DNA of 64,000 nucleotides from an uncultured Collinsella sp. GTDB taxonomy: Bacteria; Actinomycetota; Coriobacteriia; Coriobacteriales; Coriobacteriaceae. Below are positions 29,924-39,187 of this stretch, in pieces; the first letter of the stretch is position 1; each line of letters opens with the position of its first letter. Location of the stretch: contig CABSNR010000002.1 in assembly GCA_902479145.1 (NCBI GenBank), positions 24,393 through 88,392 on the forward strand. The letters are read 5' to 3'. The notes under the pieces are model-generated. The model had not been told where the DNA came from and did not search any database. It saw only the letters and a program-made list of their open reading frames with translations. The position numbers and the translations under genes were made by a program.

Positions 29924-30655
29924 CTAGTTACTGCGCTGGTGGTAAACCTTGTATTTAAACTGATCGGCACGAGCAACCGAGAGTGTATACTCCACTACCT
30001 CGTTTGACTCGTTATACGTAGTCCTGACCAAATCGAGCACAGGCGAGCCCTCGACAATTCCCAAAAGGTGGGCATCGGTGGGACGGGCTATGCTCGCATA
30101 GAACTCCTCTTCGGCCACGCGAATCTTTTGCTGAAAGTCCTGCTCAATCACATCGTAAAGCGGCTTACGCTCCAGCAGCGGTCGCTTTAGGGACAGAAAT
30201 TGACGAACCGGTAGATAGCTGCGTTCGACCATCATGGGCATGTTGTCGGCAGAGCGAAGGCGCTTGAGCTTAAAAATGCGATCACCGATGCGCAATCCCA
30301 TATGCTCGGCCAGATTCTTATCGGCCTCCATCTCGCAAAACTCGAGAATCGTGGTCTCGGGTTCTCGACCCATCGCGCGCATCTGCTCGGTAAAGCTGTA
30401 GGACTGCATAAGATTGGTTGCTTTTGCCGAACGGTCGGTCACAAAGGTACCGCGACCGTGCTGCCGAACCACCAGTCCTAAACGCTCCAGTTCCTGCAGA
30501 GCCAGGCGTACCGTAGTGCGCGAGAGACCATAGCGCTCCGAAAGTTCGCGCTCGGAAGGAATCATGTCACCGGCGCGATATTCATGGTCAATCTTTTCGG
30601 TCAGAATATCGACCAGCTGATCGTACAGCGGTTGCTTACGCGCTCCGATCGCCAT
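29924..30655 (-). CDS. GntR (HutC/UTRA) family regulator
   Basis: PSERELSERYGLSRTTVRLAL, HGRGTFV, SFTEQM, C-terminal UTRA-like region. Confidence 0.92.
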   Translation of the reverse strand: MAIGARKQPLYDQLVDILTEKIDHEYRAGDMIPSERELSERYGLSRTTVRLALQELERLGLVVRQHGRGTFVTDRSAKATNLMQSYSFTEQMRAMGREPETTILEFCEMEADKNLAEHMGLRIGDRIFKLKRLRSADNMPMMVERSYLPVRQFLSLKRPLLERKPLYDVIEQDFQQKIRVAEEEFYASIARPTDAHLLGIVEGSPVLDLVRTTYNESNEVVEYTLSVARADQFKYKVYHQRSN

Positions 30656-30840
30656 CCTATCCTCCCTTTTGCTCGAATTCAGCTAACTACCTAGGGTGTT
30701 ATGCATTATCTGTCTGCCACACCCGAATCATTACGAAAACAAAAGCCGCGCGCTCTTTCGAGCACGCGGCTTTTAACATACACATGGCTTAAGGGGTCGG
30801 GGTGTGAGCCGCGTAGGGACACACCCCTCAAGCTAGAGCC

Positions 30841-31923
30841 TTACCAGATGCTCGGCCAGAGACCAAGCGGACCAGCGCCCAGGATGCCAAGGACGAAGAG
30901 CAGGAGAATGCCCTTGGTCGGGGTCCAGCTGTGCTTAGCGAACATGTAGTAAAGCAGCAGCGTAAGCATAAGCGGGACGAGCTTGGGGACGATGGTGTTG
31001 AGGGTGTCGGCAACAGAGAAGTTGACCGGATCCTCGGTAACGGTGCCGTAGGTCACGGACTCCATGCCGTTACCCAGATCGGTGACGCCGCACTCGACAG
31101 CGTTGCCGTCGGCATCGGAAGCGGTGAGGGCGTTGCCGTCCTTATCGGTCATGGCGATGGTACCGGCCTCAGCGGTCTCGGTATCGATGCCCTCCATACC
31201 GGTGAAGTTCTCGGCCTCCTTCTCGGAGACGATCACGGTAGTAGCGGAGAGACCACGGGTGGTGCCGTTGGGGATCTGGAGGTTGATCTGGGTGCCACCC
31301 ATGGTGACGACCAGGCAACCGACGACGAAGACGCCCATGATGGAAGCGGCACGCGTGAAGGCCTGCATGTTGGCGGTCAGAGCGTCAATAGCGCTGGTGC
31401 CAAGCTTGTAGGACCAGTTCATGAGCCAGAAGCGCAGAGCGAACTGGACAGCGTTGAAGATCACCAGGAAGATGATCGGCGCAGCGGCGTTGCCGTTGAT
31501 GGCCATGTTGGAGGTGATGCCGGCCGTGATAGGCACGAGCGTCAGCCAGAACAGGGCGTCACCGATACCACCGAGCGGGCCCATTGCGGCGACGCGGACG
31601 GCGCGGATCGTGGGGATGTCAACCTTGTTCTGCTCGAGCGAAAGCACGATGCCCATAACAAAGGTGACGAGGAACGGGTGGGTGTTGAAGAACTCCAGGT
31701 TGTGGCTCATGGAAGCCGCGAGGTCGTTCTTGTTGGTGTGGATCTTCTCCAGACCAGGGATGATGGAGTAGAGCCAGCCAGCGGCCTGCATACGCTCGTA
31801 GTTGAACGAGGCCTGCAGGAAGCAGGAGCGCCAAGCCATCTTGTTGAGGGTCTTCTGGTCGAGCTGCGGAGCAGGAGTGAGATCCTCGTAGTGCTCCGGG
31901 ATCACATACTCATTAGATGCCAT
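30841..31923 (-). CDS. mannose-class PTS EIID (GalNAc-type) with large insertion
   Basis: LQASFNYERMQAAG, FFNTHP, MGPLGGIGDALFW; ~80-aa polar insert before DTLNTIVPKL. Confidence 0.9.
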   Translation of the reverse strand: MASNEYVIPEHYEDLTPAPQLDQKTLNKMAWRSCFLQASFNYERMQAAGWLYSIIPGLEKIHTNKNDLAASMSHNLEFFNTHPFLVTFVMGIVLSLEQNKVDIPTIRAVRVAAMGPLGGIGDALFWLTLVPITAGITSNMAINGNAAAPIIFLVIFNAVQFALRFWLMNWSYKLGTSAIDALTANMQAFTRAASIMGVFVVGCLVVTMGGTQINLQIPNGTTRGLSATTVIVSEKEAENFTGMEGIDTETAEAGTIAMTDKDGNALTASDADGNAVECGVTDLGNGMESVTYGTVTEDPVNFSVADTLNTIVPKLVPLMLTLLLYYMFAKHSWTPTKGILLLFVLGILGAGPLGLWPSIW

Positions 31924-32713
31924 CTTCGAAGTCACCTCCGTCAGAAACAGCTGCACCCTTCAGCTCGGTCTGCTGCTGGAAGTCCCAGAAAGCGATGCCG
32001 AAGCCGATGAGAGCGAGGATGAGCAGAGCAGGGGTTGCCAGAGAATCGTTGGCAACGGTGATGAGCGCGAGGCCAAAGCCCATGAGGAAGAAGCCCCACA
32101 TATCGCGGTTCATCATAACCTTGAGCAGGACGGCGAAGCCGACGAAGCGCATCATGCCGCCTGCAGCGGACAGACCGGTCTGCAGCCAAGTCGGGATGGC
32201 GGAAGCGATGGTCTGACCAATGGTAGCGCCAGCGATGAAGAACAGGGTGACGACGACAGCGAAAATCAGGCCGAGCAGAGCCATGGCGAAGTAGTTCAGG
32301 CGCTCGATGCCCTTGGTGTCCGCGTTGTGAGCCATGTTATCGGCCGTGGACATAAGCGGGGACATAAGCGTGAAGACCAGGGTAACGCCGAGCTGACCGA
32401 GCAGAGCGAACGGAATGGCAAGGCCGACTGCCGCGTTGGGCTCGAGACCCGTAGCGATAGCGAGAATGGCTGCCATGATGCCGCCAATGACGGCGTTAGG
32501 CGGCTGAGCGCCTCCGATCGGCATGTTGCCGATCGTCATGAGCTGATAAGTACCACCCACGAGAAGACCGGTGTTGAGGTCGCCAAGGATAAGACCGATG
32601 ACGGCGCCGGTGACGATGGGCTGATAGAGAGACTCGAGGAAGTCAAACTGGTCGATTGCCGCGATGAACGTGACGACGAAGACCAGAGCGATCTGGATGA
32701 TCGAGTATTCCAT
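31913..32713 (-). CDS. mannose-class PTS EIIC
   Basis: QPIVTGAVIGLILGDLNTGLLVGG, IGGAQPPN, VGFAVLL. Confidence 0.92.
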   Translation of the reverse strand: MEYSIIQIALVFVVTFIAAIDQFDFLESLYQPIVTGAVIGLILGDLNTGLLVGGTYQLMTIGNMPIGGAQPPNAVIGGIMAAILAIATGLEPNAAVGLAIPFALLGQLGVTLVFTLMSPLMSTADNMAHNADTKGIERLNYFAMALLGLIFAVVVTLFFIAGATIGQTIASAIPTWLQTGLSAAGGMMRFVGFAVLLKVMMNRDMWGFFLMGFGLALITVANDSLATPALLILALIGFGIAFWDFQQQTELKGAAVSDGGDFEDGI

Positions 32714-32803
32714 CTTGCTCCTCCTTTCAAAATGAATGTACGCACTTTGGATTTCACGTACAGAATGTCAGGGTTTCATTCCTGACAACGTGGATCATGA
32801 GGA

Positions 32804-33286
32804 TTACGAGAAGAGCTTGCTCGTGTCCTCAACAGGCGTGCTCGGAACGCGCCTGATCTCCAACTCCACCCCCAATTCCTGCAGCTCTTTAAACGCAGCG
32901 ACATCCTCGTCGTTAACTGCGACGGAGGTGGCGACTTGGCGCTTTCCTTCCGACATGTGCATGTTGCCGATGTTTACCTTCTTTATAGGCACACCGCCCT
33001 TGACGAGCGTAAGCACGTCTTCCGGTGTTTCGGCCACGATGAAGATCTTCTGGCGCGGGCTCGCCTTGCCAATGACGTCGATGGTCTTCTGCAGGGAGAA
33101 GAAACGCGTAGCGACGCCGGCGGGAGCGGCCATCTTCATGAGGTTCTGGCGCATGGTGTTGGTCGCCACGTCGTCGTTGGCGACGAGGATGAGGTTGGAG
33201 CCCAGAGTGGAGTTCCACTGGGTGGCAACCTGACCATGGACCAGTCGGTTATCGATGCGGGTGAGAAGAATGTTGGGTTCTGCCAT
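32804..33286 (-). CDS. agaV: mannose-class PTS EIIB (GalNAc-type)
   Basis: LTRIDNRLVHGQVATQW with the phospho-His, NIGNMH, RRVP. Confidence 0.9.
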   Translation of the reverse strand: MAEPNILLTRIDNRLVHGQVATQWNSTLGSNLILVANDDVATNTMRQNLMKMAAPAGVATRFFSLQKTIDVIGKASPRQKIFIVAETPEDVLTLVKGGVPIKKVNIGNMHMSEGKRQVATSVAVNDEDVAAFKELQELGVELEIRRVPSTPVEDTSKLFS

Positions 33287-33322
33287 GTTGATCAGCTTCC
33301 TTTCGTTATTTGCTGACGACAG

Positions 33323-33604
33323 TTACTTGATCTCCTGAATCGCGTAACGCGAAACATCTACGACGGCTCCGGATCGGACTTTGATCTGGACCTTCTCGCC
33401 TTCGATGCCTTTGACGGTACCGTAGATACCGCCGGCGAAAAGAACCTCCTGACCCGGCTTGAGCTCGGTGTGCAGCTCCTTGAAGTACTTCTGCTTCTTC
33501 TTCATGTTGATTTGCGACCAGATGGTGTAAATCAAGCCCATGATGACAAGCAGGCCTAAAAGGGCGACCGAAGAGCTCAGGACGTTGGCTCCGAAATCGG
33601 CCAT
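33323..33604 (-). CDS. yajC: YajC-like small membrane protein
   Basis: One N-terminal TM helix, then LKPGQEVLFAGGIYGTV and DVSRYAI. Confidence 0.8.
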   Translation of the reverse strand: MADFGANVLSSSVALLGLLVIMGLIYTIWSQINMKKKQKYFKELHTELKPGQEVLFAGGIYGTVKGIEGEKVQIKVRSGAVVDVSRYAIQEIK

Positions 33605-34047
33605 TAGATGCCGTCCTCGTCGCCGAAGATATCCTCTTCCTCGGAGCCGGCAACGGATGCGACCGTCTGGGCGGTGATGCCCGTCTGGCCAACGGTCACG
33701 GCCTGCTCGCCAAGCTCGGCGAGCGTGGCATTGCCGCGGAGGAACAGAAGCTCAATAACCATGGGAAGGTTGGTGCCAGTCAGAACCTCGACGTTGTCGA
33801 CATCCTGGGCAATCATCATCGACTGGTTGAACGGGGTGCCGCCAAGCAGGTCGGTAAAGACGAGCACGCCATCGCACTCCTCGCGCATGGCGGTAATAGC
33901 GGCGCGGAGATCCTCACCGTAGGATGCGGCCTGGTCGCCCTCAAAAGGAACGACGGTAAAAGCAGGCTGGTCGCCGGCAACCATAGCGATAGCGCTTGCA
34001 AGGCCGGGTGCGAACTGTCCATGACCGGTAAGAATAAAGCCAACCAT
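33604..34047 (-). CDS. mannose-class PTS EIIA
   Basis: ILTGHGQFAPG, FTDLLGGTPFN, GTNLPM. Confidence 0.92.
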   Translation of the reverse strand: MVGFILTGHGQFAPGLASAIAMVAGDQPAFTVVPFEGDQAASYGEDLRAAITAMREECDGVLVFTDLLGGTPFNQSMMIAQDVDNVEVLTGTNLPMVIELLFLRGNATLAELGEQAVTVGQTGITAQTVASVAGSEEEDIFGDEDGI

Positions 34048-34163
34048 TCAAATTTCCCTTCCGAAGGTGTGTACGATCTGAGTCCGATGATTTTCGGAAG
34101 CCAGCGGGCGCTCGCCCTTAAAGCTTCTTAGAAAGCGTTCTTTGAAGACCAGTGGTTTCTAAA

Positions 34164-34500
34164 CTGGTAGTAACCACGTGACGTATTGTTGTCACTATAT
34201 CACCCCAGAAGAGGTCGCTTTCGTTGATTCATACGGTAAAACGTTTTTGCACCGCTCACGGTGATAAATCGACCGTTTACCGCTCGTTAATACTTCTACC
34301 TGCGGTTTTGAAACCGTTTCGAAACGCTTTGGCAAAAGAACGGATCTTTCCCGGTGTCTTAACAACGCAGGGCGGCTAAAAATAGCGTGTAGAAAAAATG
34401 CAGGTCATTGTGAAGATATGTGAATTGGTCTTTTTGACTTAATACCAGTTAGAACCAGTTTTGAGATTATCGGTGAACGGTAGTTTTCGACCGTTCACCG
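34164..34500. promoter_or_regulatory. PTS operon control region: GntR box and ACCGYTYACSG pairs
   Basis: CTGGTAGTAACCA at 34164; ACCGCTCACGG at 34251 and ACCGTTTACCG at 34272; inverted pair CGGTGAACGGT at 34471 and ACCGTTCACCG at 34490. Confidence 0.7.
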
Positions 34501-34749
34501 GTTACTTGTAATCGTTTGCAGCTGTTTTCCCATATGAATTAGGGGAACCCGATGGAGCGCTTGCGCGATCACAGGAATTTTTGGCATTTGTCCTCATCCC
34601 CCGCGCGCCAAACTCCGGCATCCAAAATGAGCTAATAGCTCACGCCAATCGTTTTCAATCATTACTTACTCAGTATCCGTAATTATTTATCGTTTATCGT
34701 TAATTCTGATATGATACAAGTATCATCCAAAACGCCGATTGGAGGGGTT

Positions 34750-35388
34750 ATGGTCCAGCGAAACGCATCTATATCGAATGAAACCATCAGCCGCGAACAG
34801 ACGGTAGCCAAACTGAGGAAGCTCGCTCGCATCTGCAAATGGGCCACGATCTGCATTACCACCGCGCTCGCTCTGGGGCTCCTCGCAGTCATTGCGATTG
34901 ACCTTCTACTCATATTGCCTGGCCTCTCCCAAGGCTCGTGTCTCCAATCCGTAGAATTTCAAGCCGGCGAAGGGCCGTGCCTTGCTATCGTCGGTACCGA
35001 TGCGCAGGCCCCACTTATGCTCGTCGCACACGATGGTCACACTGCCATAGGGAGCCTTTTGATGACATGTCTCGCGCTTACCATCGCGATAAGCGTGCGC
35101 AGGCTTTTCTTCAACATTGAAAAGGAAGGCAGGCCATTTGACCTTGAATGTAACCAGACACTTCGTCGAGTAGGACATTTATTCCTTATCGGCGGCGTTG
35201 CCGTGAGGCTTCTTGGTGCCGTTATCACGGGAATGATACTCTCAGGATTTGGCGGCAGCTTTACGGATGCGTTCGTCGGCCCGTTATTCGAGCCCTCCAT
35301 GCTCTTTGCAGGCCTGATTATTTGCCTGATTGCTAGCATCTTCCGCTACGGGTATATCCTGCAAAAACAAGATGACGAGTTGCTCTAG
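34750..35388 (+). CDS. DUF2975-like membrane protein
   Basis: About 4 TM segments, RPFD motif, C-terminal IFRYGYILQKQDDELL; paired with a small XRE HTH gene. Confidence 0.75.
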   Translation: MVQRNASISNETISREQTVAKLRKLARICKWATICITTALALGLLAVIAIDLLLILPGLSQGSCLQSVEFQAGEGPCLAIVGTDAQAPLMLVAHDGHTAIGSLLMTCLALTIAISVRRLFFNIEKEGRPFDLECNQTLRRVGHLFLIGGVAVRLLGAVITGMILSGFGGSFTDAFVGPLFEPSMLFAGLIICLIASIFRYGYILQKQDDELL

Positions 35389-35396
35389 GGGGATCC

Positions 35397-35636
35397 ATGA
35401 TTATTCTGCGGCTTGACCGCATGCTCGCCGAACGCAAGATCTCATCCAAAGAGCTTGCGGAACGTGTGGGCATCTCCCAGGTCAATATGTCACGCATTAA
35501 GACGGGCAAGGTTTCTGCCATACGTTTTTCAACTCTTGACGCGATATGCCGGGCACTCGACTGCCAACCAGGCGATGTACTGGAGTATATATCCGACGAT
35601 GAAGCCGATAGCCTTTTTGGGCTTAAAGATGAATAG
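35397..35636 (+). CDS. XRE/Cro-C1 HTH regulator (YozG-like)
   Basis: LDRMLAERKISSKELAERVGIS...AIRFSTLDAICRALDCQPGDVLEY. Confidence 0.9.
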   Translation: MIILRLDRMLAERKISSKELAERVGISQVNMSRIKTGKVSAIRFSTLDAICRALDCQPGDVLEYISDDEADSLFGLKDE

Positions 35637-35735
35637 CCATAATTAAGCCGTCAACGCAAATAGCCCGCTAGAACGTTGTCCGTTCTAGCGGGCTTAATCA
35701 GGTGATCGGTTAGCGCGCAGTAGTGCAGGCAAACT

Positions 35736-36821
35736 TTACGCAAACAGGCCGTAGATGCTGATGTTGGCCTTGGCATAGAGGCCGTTAGCATACTCGGTCC
35801 ACTTGGAGCTGGCGCTCGAGGCCTGCGAAGAGTACTGCTGGTAGGCGGTGTAATAGGCGGTCATGGCCTGCTTGTAGGTGGCGCTATCGGCCGTAAAGGC
35901 ATCGTCAGCGAAGGCCTTAGCGTAGGTGCTATCGGCGTCCTTCCAGGTACCCTTTTCGCTATCCCACTCGTCGCCGGCAAGGTTGATGATGTAATCGGCG
36001 TAGTCCTTGCTCGCGGCCTCCTCGTTGCCGTCAGCAGGCTCGGTCGGGGCGGTCGGCATGCTTGCGGAGCTATCGCCCACCTTCTTCTTGTAGAGCTTCT
36101 GCAGCGTCGCGGACTGACGGACGATCTGCTTGGCCTGGTCCTTGGACACGCCGTACTGCGTGGCCATGGTCTTGTAGTCGGAGGTGCCGATGGAATCCTC
36201 GGCGTACTGCTTCATCTCCTTGGAAGAGACGGTAATGCCCTCGTCCTCGGCAGCGTCCAGCAGAATCTGGTTGCGCACGTAGGACAGGATAACGTCGGCA
36301 GACGGTGCGGTGTAGTTGCCGTCGTCGTCCTTGACGGTGTCGAGGCTATACTGGCTCTCGATGGCCTCGCGCGCGGTGATGTCGCTCTTCTTGCCGTTGT
36401 AGCTATAGCTTGCCACGGTCGAATCGAGCTGGTCCTCGGTCAGGGTCGCCGAGCCGACGCCCTTGCCGCCAAAACCACCGTTGCCGATAAAGAAGCCGAC
36501 CACAGCAGCGATCACGATAGCGACCACAAAGGCGGCAATCATCGTCTTCTTGTGCTTGCAAGCGTGGTCGTCCACGTCGGAGTCGTCGTCCTCATCCTGG
36601 GCCTCGGGCATCAGATTCTCGTCAGCGGCATCCGCGGCAATCTGAGCCTCCAGTCGGGCGTCCTCCTCCTCGGCGGACGTGCCGGCGGCAATATGTTCGG
36701 CAGACGTGCCGGCGACCAGGTCGATCTTTTCGTCCTCATCACCGTCGGGGCCTTCGCCGCGCTCGATGATCTGGATGCCGTCGATCTCGTCCTTCTCGTC
36801 CTTCTTTTGAATCAGACCCAT
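35736..36821 (-). CDS. membrane-anchored hypothetical protein (possible SurA/PrsA N-domain-like)
   Basis: Acidic N-terminus, one TM helix, LLDAAEDEGITVS segment; GGAG RBS. Confidence 0.65.
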   Translation of the reverse strand: MGLIQKKDEKDEIDGIQIIERGEGPDGDEDEKIDLVAGTSAEHIAAGTSAEEEDARLEAQIAADAADENLMPEAQDEDDDSDVDDHACKHKKTMIAAFVVAIVIAAVVGFFIGNGGFGGKGVGSATLTEDQLDSTVASYSYNGKKSDITAREAIESQYSLDTVKDDDGNYTAPSADVILSYVRNQILLDAAEDEGITVSSKEMKQYAEDSIGTSDYKTMATQYGVSKDQAKQIVRQSATLQKLYKKKVGDSSASMPTAPTEPADGNEEAASKDYADYIINLAGDEWDSEKGTWKDADSTYAKAFADDAFTADSATYKQAMTAYYTAYQQYSSQASSASSKWTEYANGLYAKANISIYGLFA

Positions 36822-36947
36822 ATCAGTTACTCCTTGTTAGGAAACATAGTCCCCAATAGAATACGCCCGGCAGAGCGCCGGGCGTATTGATTCTTAGGTT
36901 ATACGCAAACACTTAAGTACTATTTAGGCGTTTACAGTGTGCATGCC

Positions 36948-38033
36948 TTAGGCCAGGTGCGCGATAACGGCATCGGCAAAGGCCTGCGTGCCCACGGCCC
37001 CCTCGACGGAGCCGGTCTGGGCACGACGCACGTCACCGGTAACCTGCTCACCCTCGTCGAGCGTGGTAGATACGGCGGCGCGAATGCGATTGGCAGCGTC
37101 GTTCTCGCCCAGGTGATCGAGCATCATCGCAGCAGAGAGGATCTCGGCTGTGGGGTTGGCGATATCCTGGCCCGCGATATCGGGCGCGGAGCCGTGCGTA
37201 GCCTCAAAGATGGCGCAGTCGGCACCGATGTTGGAGCCGGGGGCCATGCCTAAGCCGCCCACTAGGCCGGCGCACAGGTCGCTCACGATGTCGCCGTACA
37301 GGTTGGGCAGTACAAGGACATCGAAGTCGTTGGGGTTCTGGACCAGGCCCATGCAGGTGGCGTCGACAATCTTGTCGTTGAACTCGATATCGGGATAGTT
37401 GGCGGCCACCTCGCGCGCCACGCGCAGGAACAGGCCGTCGGTCGCCTTCATGATGTTGGCTTTGTGCACGGCCGTCACCTTTTTGCGGCCGCAGCGGCGG
37501 GCATACTCAAAGGCATACTCCACAATACGGCGGCTCTTGGCAATGGAGATGGGCTTGATCGAGATCGCGGAATCGGCGGCGAAGGTCTTTTGACCCGAGC
37601 GCTCGACGAGCTGCGAGAGCTCCTCGACCTCGGCAGTGCCCTCATCGAACTCGATGCCGGCGTAAAGGTCCTCGGTGTTCTCGCGCACGATAACCAGGTC
37701 GACGTCGCGGAAGCGCGAGCCGTCGCCCGGCTGCGACAGGCAGGGTCGCACGCAGGCGTACAGGTCGAAGTGCTTGCGCAGGGCCACGTTGACGCTGCGG
37801 AAACCCGTGCCGACCGGCGTGGTGATGGGGCCCTTGATGGCAACCTTGGTCTCGGCGACCGCATCGAGCACGTGCTGGGGCAGCGGCGTGCCAAACTCGT
37901 CCATGACGCCGGCACCGGCCTCCTGGACGTTCCAATTGATCTGGACACCGGCAGCCTCGACCACGCGGCGCATGGCCTGCGTAATCTCGGGACCGATACC
38001 GTCACCGGGAATCAGGACTACATCGTGCGCCAT
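36948..38033 (-). CDS. icd: isocitrate/isopropylmalate dehydrogenase family enzyme (probable isocitrate dehydrogenase)
   Basis: [59 protein letters not shown]. Confidence 0.8.
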   Translation of the reverse strand: MAHDVVLIPGDGIGPEITQAMRRVVEAAGVQINWNVQEAGAGVMDEFGTPLPQHVLDAVAETKVAIKGPITTPVGTGFRSVNVALRKHFDLYACVRPCLSQPGDGSRFRDVDLVIVRENTEDLYAGIEFDEGTAEVEELSQLVERSGQKTFAADSAISIKPISIAKSRRIVEYAFEYARRCGRKKVTAVHKANIMKATDGLFLRVAREVAANYPDIEFNDKIVDATCMGLVQNPNDFDVLVLPNLYGDIVSDLCAGLVGGLGMAPGSNIGADCAIFEATHGSAPDIAGQDIANPTAEILSAAMMLDHLGENDAANRIRAAVSTTLDEGEQVTGDVRRAQTGSVEGAVGTQAFADAVIAHLA

Positions 38034-38039
38034 AATCTG

Positions 38040-38738
38040 TTACTCCTCGTCTTCGGCGTCGTCAGATTTTTTAACGCTAGCACGCTTCTTCTTTTTGGAG
38101 AGATCCAGGCCAAAACGTTTAACAAGCATTTCGCAAATCTCGCTCGAACGGGCCTTGAGATAGCTGCCCTTACCGTTCTCGGCATCGAACTTAAGGCGCA
38201 GCGCAAGCTTCTCGGCAACCTCGGCGTCGATCTCGCCCTGGCAAAACTCGTACAGGCAACCGAGCATGTCGCGATACTCGAGGTCGCCGTGGTAGCACTG
38301 GATGGCCTCGTCCAGGATGGGCCAAGCCTCGCGCGAACGCTCGACGCTCGTGGCACCCCACACGCACAGCAGGCGGAAGGCGGCATAGCGCAGCGTGGAG
38401 GAGATCTCGTCGAACAGTGCAGTCTCGGCGCCCTCAAAGGCATCGCCCAGCTGCTCGGGGCAGGTGGTGGCGAGCGACGTCAGGGCATCGAGGGCCTCCC
38501 AGCGGGTCTGCGCCTCGGGGCGGTCGAGCGCCTCGATCAGCGCGGGCACGCAGGGCACGACGCGCTGCGGATCGCGCTCGGCAAGCAGGTGAAGCACGCG
38601 GGCGGCAAACTGGCGGATGCGGCGCGTGGGGCAGCCGAGCTCCTTGACCAGACGGTCGACGGCGTTCTCGTTCTCCTCTGCCAGCTGAAGCTGTGCCAGC
38701 TCCTCGTCGGTGAGCTGTTCGTCTTTGTTTTCTGCCAT
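38040..38738 (-). CDS. hypothetical HEAT-repeat-like protein
   Basis: Helical repeats such as LIEALDRPEAQTRWEALDAL; operonic position. Confidence 0.7.
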   Translation of the reverse strand: MAENKDEQLTDEELAQLQLAEENENAVDRLVKELGCPTRRIRQFAARVLHLLAERDPQRVVPCVPALIEALDRPEAQTRWEALDALTSLATTCPEQLGDAFEGAETALFDEISSTLRYAAFRLLCVWGATSVERSREAWPILDEAIQCYHGDLEYRDMLGCLYEFCQGEIDAEVAEKLALRLKFDAENGKGSYLKARSSEICEMLVKRFGLDLSKKKKRASVKKSDDAEDEE

Positions 38739-38753
38739 AGTTACCTCTTCTTA

Positions 38754-39182
38754 CTATTTCTTAGCGTGCTTGCCAGCACCCTTGCTGTCATCGGTGACCG
38801 AGATGAGCTGTCGGTCGGCCGCGCCATTGCGACGCGCACGGCGGCGTTCCTCGGCGTCGCCCGCGTCGGCGGCGGCGCGATGAGCCTTGTTGACGTTAAA
38901 AACCTCGTCGTGCTTGCGCCATGGACCAACGGACTCGCCAAAGCTCATCTTAAGACCGGCGATAAAGCCGCCGAGCCAGCCGATCGGCGCAAACTGCACC
39001 AACGGAAACAGCGAAAACACCCAGGTCAGCAGGACGACTGCCGCCGCTCCTGCAAAATTGGCGATCCAGTAGTCGCGCTTGGTGATCACGCGCTTTTCGC
39101 ACGCCCACTGGCCGCACAAAAAGCCAATGTAGATCGCAAAGAGAAAGAGCACCAGCGCTAGCACCACGAACGTCCAGCTCAT
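38754..39182 (-). CDS. hypothetical membrane protein
   Basis: Three hydrophobic segments; start MSWTF just after the upstream stop. Confidence 0.7.
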   Translation of the reverse strand: MSWTFVVLALVLFLFAIYIGFLCGQWACEKRVITKRDYWIANFAGAAAVVLLTWVFSLFPLVQFAPIGWLGGFIAGLKMSFGESVGPWRKHDEVFNVNKAHRAAADAGDAEERRRARRNGAADRQLISVTDDSKGAGKHAKK

Positions 39183-39187
39183 GGGCG

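Noticed and set aside
34750..35636. DUF2975-like plus XRE pair as a toxin-antitoxin or defence module
   Set aside because: This is a common membrane protein and regulator pairing; nothing in the sequence indicates toxicity.
23720..35700. tRNA-Thr-anchored genomic island carrying the GalNAc cluster
   Set aside because: No integrase and no duplicated tRNA 3' end were seen; only modest local GC dips.
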